Origin: Nitrososphaerota archaeon
Lineage (GTDB): Archaea > Thermoproteota > Nitrososphaeria > Nitrososphaerales > UBA57
Direction: 5' to 3'
Assembly (NCBI GenBank): GCA_013306035.1
Contig: JABUBF010000003.1
Coordinates: 28,850 to 60,849, forward strand
DNA length: 32,000 nucleotides
Each line of letters opens with the position of its first letter. Position 1 is the first letter of the stretch. Made by a program: the position numbers and the translations under genes. The notes under the pieces are model-generated. The model did not search any database. It was not told where the DNA came from and saw nothing but the letters and a program-made list of their open reading frames with translations. Positions 26,043-32,000 of the stretch are shown here, one piece after another.

Positions 26043-27044
26043 TTAACGTTTCTCTGATTCTTGAACCTTGACATAATGTATGTCAAAAGGCGCTATTTTA
26101 TCAACCGAGCATTTTATTCTCATCACTTTCCTAAAATTCGGCTTTACTTGTTCATTTTCGCCAGATACTAATTTCTTGATATTTATACCTCCCTCGCAAA
26201 TTAATTCAACTGTAAATCGTTTTCCAGATACTTTCTTTAGTTTTATTGACCTAACTCTTCTTGTAAAATACTTGTTTTTATTCATTGAATAAATTGAAAT
26301 ATCTCTTTCACTAAAATACTTCTCTATTCTTTCCAATCTTTTTGTATCTTTTAAATTAGATTCGAAATTCACTATTGCTTTCATAATAAAACCTTGATCA
26401 ATAATTGGTCTCTTTCGTAATATCTCTACAGATTTTATTATTATTCCATGATTCATCTTCTTTTCTCTGAACAATGCTTTACGCTTTATTGGCGAAGATA
26501 CTTCTGCAAAAAATGGCCTTCCATTATACTTCACTAGACTGTTCCGATCCTCACTTCCTATCCATGATATCTTTACTTTATTTGCATTAAATTTCTTTAT
26601 TAGAAATTTATGTATCTCATTTTCTACTGAAGGCACTCTCATAAATCCTGAAAATCTACATTTCTTACATCCTTCACTCTTGCATTGTTTACATCTTTGT
26701 TTTTTCTGATTTATTCCTCTTTTATTCTTAACATATTTACCCATTAAAAATATAGATCTTGACGACACTTCAATTTCATCCAATAATGTATTTACTAGAA
26801 TATTCAATTCAGGTCTATTCAGACTAATTGTTCTACCATTAGTTCTTTTTATTAATCTTGATAATTCTTTTGTTATTTCACTTTTTATTGGTTCTCCACC
26901 TTTTACTTTAAACTCTGATCTAATTACATCTTCTCTTTCAATTATATCGGAATCCAGAATCGTTCCTACCATAAAACTCGAATATTCAAATCTTTCAATC
27001 TCATTTAGTATCCTTTTTGCCATTTTATTCAAATTTGACATCAT
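26043..27044 (-). CDS. pus10: tRNA pseudouridine synthase Pus10; the coding frame very likely extends upstream to about 27224
   Basis: It has a Cys cluster (CKQCKSEGCKKC) and the THUMP/catalytic-domain size expected for Pus10. The 60 in-frame codons upstream of the first ATG encode RVLYRYKLCDSCLGRQF...ECFICEG, which matches the Pus10 N-terminal zinc-ribbon hallmark. That stretch contains no ATG, GTG or TTG. Confidence 0.75.
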   Translation of the reverse strand: MMSNLNKMAKRILNEIERFEYSSFMVGTILDSDIIEREDVIRSEFKVKGGEPIKSEITKELSRLIKRTNGRTISLNRPELNILVNTLLDEIEVSSRSIFLMGKYVKNKRGINQKKQRCKQCKSEGCKKCRFSGFMRVPSVENEIHKFLIKKFNANKVKISWIGSEDRNSLVKYNGRPFFAEVSSPIKRKALFREKKMNHGIIIKSVEILRKRPIIDQGFIMKAIVNFESNLKDTKRLERIEKYFSERDISIYSMNKNKYFTRRVRSIKLKKVSGKRFTVELICEGGINIKKLVSGENEQVKPNFRKVMRIKCSVDKIAPFDIHYVKVQESEKR

Positions 27045-27220
27045 TCCTTCACAAATGAAACATTCTTTCTTGATTTGATTCTTTTCTATAGCCTGACGAA
27101 TTTGTTTTCCATATATTCTATTTATGTTATTGTTTGGAAATTGTCTACCTAGACAACTATCACATAATTTATATCTATACAGAACTCTTTTTGCTGTTTT
27201 TATTCTGGTATGATCCAGAT

Positions 27221-28543
27221 CTAATTAGCACCTAATTTCTTTAACAATTGTCGCATTCCTCTTCCTTTACTAGCTTTCATCATCTGCTTGGATTGTTTAT
27301 ATTTGTTTAATAATTCTTTTATCTCTTTTTCTGATCGTCCAGAACCTTTTGCAATTCTTTTTACTCTGGACGAATTCATTAAATCAGGATCTTGTTTTTC
27401 ATCTTTTGTCATTGATTGAATTATAAACTTCCATTTTTCCATATTCTCTTCAATATTGTCTATATCCTTTTCTGGAACTTGTGCCGCACCTGGTATTAAT
27501 TCCATTACTTTTTTTAATGAACCCATTTTATTAATTTGTTCTAATTGTTCATATAAATCATTAATTGTCATTTTCCCCGACATAATTCTCTGCATCTTAA
27601 TTTCTTGATCTTCAGATTGAACTTCTTTTAATCTCTGTAATAATGTTTGAATATCTCCCATTCCAATTAGTCTTCCAACAAATCTTGTCGAAACAAATTC
27701 TTCTAGGTCATCAATTCTTTCTCCATTACCTATAAAAAATATATTAGCGTTAGTATTTGCGACGGCTGCAATGGCGCCTCCTCCTTTAGCTGCACCATCA
27801 AGTTTTGTTATGATTATTCCTCCAATGGAACTTACGTTAGTAAATGCTTTTGACTGTGCTTCTGATTGTTGTCCTATTGTCGAATCAATTACCAGTAAAG
27901 TGTGATCAGGTTTTATCTTGTTAGTTAGTTCTTTCATCTCTTCCATTAACCCACTTTCTTCTTTATGACGCCCAGTTGTATCAATAATTATTACTTCTTT
28001 TCCAATTTTCTTGAAATGTTCGATTCCATTATTAATAATTTTTAATGCATCTTTCTCTTTATCTTGTCCAAATATCTCAATATCAAATGGCTCACATAAT
28101 GAAGTAATTTGGACTAAAGCACCTGGTCTGAACGTATCTGCACCAATTACACCTACTGAATAATTTTTCTTTGTTAAATATCGTGCTAATTTACCTACTG
28201 TCGTAGTTTTTCCACTTCCTTGTATTCCTAATACTAGAATTATGTTCTCTTTCTCTTTATTCAGTTCAAATTTTCTTTCTGAACCTAGCGTTGTAGATAA
28301 TTCTTCGTAAAGTATCTTTACAATGTGGTCACGTTTTGGTATTCCTGTGGGAATTCTTTCGTTCAATGCTCGAGTTTCGATTTTCTTTGTTAAATTAAAT
28401 ACAAGTTTAACATTTACATCTGCTTGCAATAGTGACCTTTGTAGGTCTTTTACAAACTCTTTTACTGTTTGTTCATCAATCTCATCATTACTCACAAATT
28501 TTTTTATTGCGTCTTGTAGTCCAGTTCTAAGATTATCTAACAT
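27221..28543 (-). CDS. srp54: Signal recognition particle protein SRP54
   Basis: The NG domain has GIQGSGKTTTVGKLA, DTTGRH and TKLDG. The M domain is C-terminal and Met/Lys-rich. Confidence 0.95.
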   Translation of the reverse strand: MLDNLRTGLQDAIKKFVSNDEIDEQTVKEFVKDLQRSLLQADVNVKLVFNLTKKIETRALNERIPTGIPKRDHIVKILYEELSTTLGSERKFELNKEKENIILVLGIQGSGKTTTVGKLARYLTKKNYSVGVIGADTFRPGALVQITSLCEPFDIEIFGQDKEKDALKIINNGIEHFKKIGKEVIIIDTTGRHKEESGLMEEMKELTNKIKPDHTLLVIDSTIGQQSEAQSKAFTNVSSIGGIIITKLDGAAKGGGAIAAVANTNANIFFIGNGERIDDLEEFVSTRFVGRLIGMGDIQTLLQRLKEVQSEDQEIKMQRIMSGKMTINDLYEQLEQINKMGSLKKVMELIPGAAQVPEKDIDNIEENMEKWKFIIQSMTKDEKQDPDLMNSSRVKRIAKGSGRSEKEIKELLNKYKQSKQMMKASKGRGMRQLLKKLGAN

Positions 28544-28549
28544 TCTATA

Positions 28550-29218
28550 TCACTTCTCTATGATTCTTAATTCTGGAATCTCTAATTTACCTCTGTCTCC
28601 ATACCAAATTCTTTTCGATTCTATAGGCTCAAGCTTATTTGCATAAAGTGGACCATCAAGTACCAACGTGTCTAAATCTCCTCCTTCTCCAACTGCATTA
28701 AACCTATATTTCTTTGCAAGACCAAGTAATTCTTCTATACTCTTTTTATCTAAATGTCTTCCTAACCATTCTTCTCCTAATCCAAGTGCTGCGACTGAAA
28801 CTATTATCACATCTAATTTATTTTCTAATATCTTTTGATATAAATTCTCATGTGTAATTCCCCAGATTGGTGCATAATGTTCCATTCCTGTTTCTTTACA
28901 TGCGTTATCGAACTTCTTTTTCTGAAAATTTGATTCTATTCCACCAGTGATTAAATATTCTGATCTCTGTTTACTTAAAGCCTCTGTTAATGCTTCTATC
29001 TCTCTGTCTTTTGATGCACTAATTGGAATCCAATTTAAACCCGTGACTTCTGCTATTGTTTTAACAAGATTAATATTGTGTGTGTGATACAACATACTTT
29101 CTTGATCCTCCGGTATCATTGTCATTATTCCCGTAATCTTAACTCCCTGATTATGTGCTAAATGCATGGATAGTACTGAGTCTTTCCCTCCTGATAAAAA
29201 TGCAATTCCGCTCTTCAA
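28550..29218 (-). CDS. dph6: PP-loop ATP-binding protein of the diphthine-ammonia ligase (Dph6 / MJ0570) family
   Basis: It has the N-terminal SGGKDS PP-loop and a late GEGGDLDTLVLDGP block (GEGGE-type motif). Confidence 0.75.
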   Translation of the reverse strand: MKSGIAFLSGGKDSVLSMHLAHNQGVKITGIMTMIPEDQESMLYHTHNINLVKTIAEVTGLNWIPISASKDREIEALTEALSKQRSEYLITGGIESNFQKKKFDNACKETGMEHYAPIWGITHENLYQKILENKLDVIIVSVAALGLGEEWLGRHLDKKSIEELLGLAKKYRFNAVGEGGDLDTLVLDGPLYANKLEPIESKRIWYGDRGKLEIPELRIIEK

Positions 29219-29344
29219 TTATTTTACATATTCTATTCTAAACTACAATTATTAACTCTGATTATTGGTCTATTCTACTCATAATTTGAAAATCATTGGA
29301 AAAGTTTATAGATGTGATTTGGTTACTCACTTTTAGTTAGGAAC

Positions 29345-30142
29345 ATGAAATCAGAACAGAAAGACAAACGAGAAATGCACAAAGCTACCTGCGCCGACTG
29401 TGGTAAAGAATGTGAAGTACCATTCAAGCCAGATGAAGACAGACCAGTTTATTGCAAAGACTGTTTCCAAAAACATAGAACGCCAAGAAAATCAACTCTT
29501 ACTAATAAAACAGAAATGAAATCACCAGAACCAAAACCTGTTGTTGAACCAAAACCTGTTGTTGAACCAAAACCTGTTGTTGAACCAAAACCTGTTGTTG
29601 AACCAAAACCTGTTGTTGAACCAAAACCTGTTGTTGAACCAAAACCTGTTGTTGAACCAAAACCTGTTGTTGAACCAAAACCAACTGTTGACGAACAATC
29701 TATATTACTTACAAAATATCAATATCTTCTAGCTGATTTTGAAAATTATCGTAAACAAGTTTCTAAAGAAAAAGAAAATCAATCTAAATTTGGTAATAGT
29801 CAAATTATTCAACATTTAATTGAAATATACGAAGACTTGAAACGTATAGTAGATAATATTGACTCTAATGATTCTTCTCTCAATGGAATAAAACCTGTAA
29901 TTAAAAAAATTGAATCTATGTTCAAAGAACAATCAGTAGAAATTATACCTTCTGTAGGAACTGACTTTGATCCAAATATTCACGAAGCTGTTGAATCCAC
30001 AGAAAATTCTGAGTTTGCTGATAATGTAATTATATCTGAAATACAAAGTGGATATAAGATTCATGGACAAGTTTTACGACCAAGTAAAGTAAATGTATCA
30101 AAACATAAAGTTTTAGATAATGGAGTGAATGCAAATGAGTAA
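29345..30142 (+). CDS. grpE: GrpE nucleotide-exchange factor with an N-terminal zinc ribbon and an EPKPVV repeat linker
   Basis: The GrpE core reads [11 protein letters not shown]...[12 protein letters not shown]...[16 protein letters not shown]. The N-terminus has CADC-x17-CKDC. Its stop overlaps the dnaK start (ATGAGTAA). Confidence 0.9.
   Translation: MKSEQKDKREMHKATCADCGKECEVPFKPDEDRPVYCKDCFQKHRTPRKSTLTNKTEMKSPEPKPVVEPKPVVEPKPVVEPKPVVEPKPVVEPKPVVEPKPVVEPKPVVEPKPTVDEQSILLTKYQYLLADFENYRKQVSKEKENQSKFGNSQIIQHLIEIYEDLKRIVDNIDSNDSSLNGIKPVIKKIESMFKEQSVEIIPSVGTDFDPNIHEAVESTENSEFADNVIISEIQSGYKIHGQVLRPSKVNVSKHKVLDNGVNANE
29528..29689. repeat. 18-bp tandem repeat, 8 identical units plus 1 variant unit, coding (EPKPVV)8-EPKPTV
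   Basis: The unit GAACCAAAACCTGTTGTT runs from 29528 to 29671 without a mismatch. The last unit (29672-29689) reads GAACCAAAACCAACTGTT. Confidence 0.97.
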
Positions 30143-32000
30143 AATTATAGGGATAGATCTTGGCACAAGTAACTCCGCAGCCGCAGTGATGATTGGTGGT
30201 AAACCAACACTAATTCCAAGTGCTGAAGGCACTAGTGTTGGAGGTAAATCATTTCCATCATACGTAGCTTTTACAAAAGATGGACAACGCTTAGTTGGTG
30301 AACCTGCAAGAAGACAAGCTATAACCAACCCAGATGGAACTATACAAAAAATTAAACGAAAAATGGGTGAATCATACAAAATTCACATTAATGGTAGTGA
30401 TTACACACCAGAACAAATCTCTGCCTTTATTCTTCAGAAAATTAAGATTGATGCCGAGGCATTCCTTGGTGAAAAAATTGAAAAAGTCGTTGTTACTGTA
30501 CCTGCTTATTTCAACGATAATCAAAGACAAGCTACTAAGGACGCTGGTTCTATTGCCGGTCTAGATGTTGTTCGTATTATCAATGAACCTACTGCTGCAT
30601 CTTTAGCTTATGGGCTTAATAAAGAGGCATCCGAACAAAAAATCCTGGTTTTTGACCTTGGTGGAGGTACACTTGACGTTACAGTAATGGAATTTGGAGA
30701 TAGTGTATTTGAAGTAAAAAGTACTAGTGGAGATACTCAACTTGGCGGAACTGATATGGATCAAATTATTCTTGATTATCTTGTAGATGTATTTAATCAG
30801 AGAACATCAATTGATTTACGTAATGATTCTAAAGCAATACAGAGACTTCGAGAAGGAGCTGAAAAAGCAAAAATCGAATTGTCTACTGTTTTATCTACTG
30901 ATATCAATCTTCCATTTATAGCACAGGATTCAGAAAAAAACCCTATTCATTTTGAAACTACATTAACACGTGCAAAACTTGAAGATCTTATTTCTGTCGT
31001 TCTCAACAAATGCGAGCGTCCAATTAAGCAAGCTATAGATGATGCAAAACTTTCTATGGCCGATATTGATAAAATCATTCTTGTAGGAGGTCCAACTCGT
31101 ATGCCTTCAGTGCAAGAATTTGTTAAAAGAATAGTTGGTAAAGGGTTAGAACGTGGTGTTGATCCTATGGAATGTGTCGCATGTGGTGCTGCAATTCAAG
31201 GAGCAGTACTTGCTGGAGAAACTTCTGATATATTGTTGTTAGACGTTACACCTCTGTCACTCGGCGTCGAAGTTCAAGGAGGTATATGTAATCGTATGAT
31301 TGAACGTAATACTACTATCCCTACTAAAAAAAGTCAAACCTATTCCACCGCTCAAGATAATCAACCTGCTGTTACAATACATATTCTTCAAGGCGAAAGA
31401 GAAATGGCAACTGATAATGTGTCTTTAGGACAATTCAATCTTGGTGGTATTCCTCCTGCTCCACGAGGCATTCCTCAAATTGAAGTCACTTTCGATATAG
31501 ACGCTAATGGCATTATTAATGTATCTGCTAAAGATTTAGCTACAAACAAAGAACAAAAAATTACTGTTACAGGTTCTAGTAAATTGTCTGATTCTGATAA
31601 AGAAAGGATGATTAAAGACGCTGAAACATTTGCTGACCAAGACAAAACCAAAAAAGAAGAAGTAGAATTGGTTAACAAAGCTGATTCATTAATTTATACG
31701 GCAGAACGCACGAAAACTGATCTCAAAGATAAAATTACCGCCGAACAAATCTCTCAAATTGATGATTTATCAACAAAATTGAAGTCATCTCTTGATTCTA
31801 AAGATCATAATTCAATTCGTGAACATTCTGATAATCTAAGTAATCTTTTGCAAGAAATTGGTTCCTCTGCATACCAACAATCTGCGCAACCCGATCCAGA
31901 TCAGACATCTTCTGCTCCAAATTCATCTGCGGACACTAATTCTTCTGAAACACAGGAAAAAGTTGTCGATGGCGAATATAAAGAAGTAGATGATACTCCT
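30135..32000 (+). CDS. dnaK: Canonical Hsp70 chaperone DnaK (3' end cut by window edge)
   Basis: I hand-translated 622 codons, open from ATG 30135 to the window end. Motifs are [65 protein letters not shown] and [15 protein letters not shown]. It is absent from the ORF track only because there is no stop in the window. Confidence 0.95.
   Translation, partial: MSKIIGIDLGTSNSAAAVMIGGKPTLIPSAEGTSVGGKSFPSYVAFTKDGQRLVGEPARRQAITNPDGTIQKIKRKMGESYKIHINGSDYTPEQISAFILQKIKIDAEAFLGEKIEKVVVTVPAYFNDNQRQATKDAGSIAGLDVVRIINEPTAASLAYGLNKEASEQKILVFDLGGGTLDVTVMEFGDSVFEVKSTSGDTQLGGTDMDQIILDYLVDVFNQRTSIDLRNDSKAIQRLREGAEKAKIELSTVLSTDINLPFIAQDSEKNPIHFETTLTRAKLEDLISVVLNKCERPIKQAIDDAKLSMADIDKIILVGGPTRMPSVQEFVKRIVGKGLERGVDPMECVACGAAIQGAVLAGETSDILLLDVTPLSLGVEVQGGICNRMIERNTTIPTKKSQTYSTAQDNQPAVTIHILQGEREMATDNVSLGQFNLGGIPPAPRGIPQIEVTFDIDANGIINVSAKDLATNKEQKITVTGSSKLSDSDKERMIKDAETFADQDKTKKEEVELVNKADSLIYTAERTKTDLKDKITAEQISQIDDLSTKLKSSLDSKDHNSIREHSDNLSNLLQEIGSSAYQQSAQPDPDQTSSAPNSSADTNSSETQEKVVDGEYKEVDDTP

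Noticed and set aside
26009-26086. 26-codon N-terminal extension of the thermosome ORF in the ORF track (MTYIMSRFKNQRNVKNLVLPIKMRLL)
   Set aside because: It would overlap the 3' end of pus10 by 44 nt. The conserved chaperonin N-terminus begins at the internal Met (MSNNNSQPIFILKEG, ATG at 26008).
27215-27230. Programmed -1 frameshift fusing SRP54 to Pus10
   Set aside because: The pus10 frame is -1 relative to srp54 and opens just before the srp54 stop. However, there is no slippery X XXY YYZ heptamer (the sequence is GGU GCU AAU UAG), and a fusion has no biological rationale.
29528-29689. Possible CRISPR array, because of the regularly spaced identical 18-bp units
   Set aside because: The units are directly abutting with no spacers. 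They lie in frame inside a gene and are too short. This is a coding tandem repeat.
29502-29732. ORFs 29502..29684 (-) and 29541..29732 (+) with QQQVLV and LLNQN repeats
   Set aside because: These are alternative-frame readings of the 18-bp repeat inside grpE. The GrpE frame is continuous with conserved flanking domains.

Overview
This is an AT-rich, densely packed archaeal chromosomal segment made up almost entirely of housekeeping genes. Archaeal markers include a thermosome, Pus10, SRP54, a Dph6-like diphthamide ATPase, geranylgeranyl reductase, a Hef-type helicase and BHB-type tRNA introns. Other content: the 3' two-thirds of a catalytically intact form III-like RuBisCO, F420 genes cofC/cofD, a small cupredoxin, an ABC-2 exporter, Hsp20, RibB, Tmk with an HD phosphohydrolase, an M17 aminopeptidase, and a grpE-dnaK operon running off the 3' edge. 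The combination (cupredoxin, F420 genes, multi-intron tRNAs, bacterial-type DnaK/GrpE, low GC) looks Thaumarchaeota-like, but that lineage guess is inference only. I see no CRISPR array, transposase, integrase or recognisable defence island.

The unusual signals are:
- Two heavily interrupted tRNA genes. tRNA-His(GUG) has two introns, one inside the acceptor stem. A 148-nt locus folds only as a five-exon, four-intron tRNA-Arg(CCU) with 7-nt and 6-nt micro-exons and a G3:U70 pair.
- A second, divergent full-length Hsp70 gene with its own upstream zinc-ribbon partner, about 26 kb from the canonical grpE-dnaK. That GrpE also carries an N-terminal CxxC-x17-CxxC zinc ribbon and a perfect (EPKPVV)8 repeat.
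- Four near-identical tandem duplications (171, 95, 120 and 54 bp) inside unrelated conserved genes. One of them frameshifts the Hsp70 paralogue. They are either very recent slippage events or assembly artefacts.
- A GC-rich element with mutually exclusive hairpins and a 32-codon uORF upstream of a CorA-like gene that lacks the GMN motif.
- A conserved Pus10 N-terminal zinc ribbon that is encoded in frame but has no canonical start codon.

All calls come from reading the sequence and the supplied ORF translations. No database search was run.
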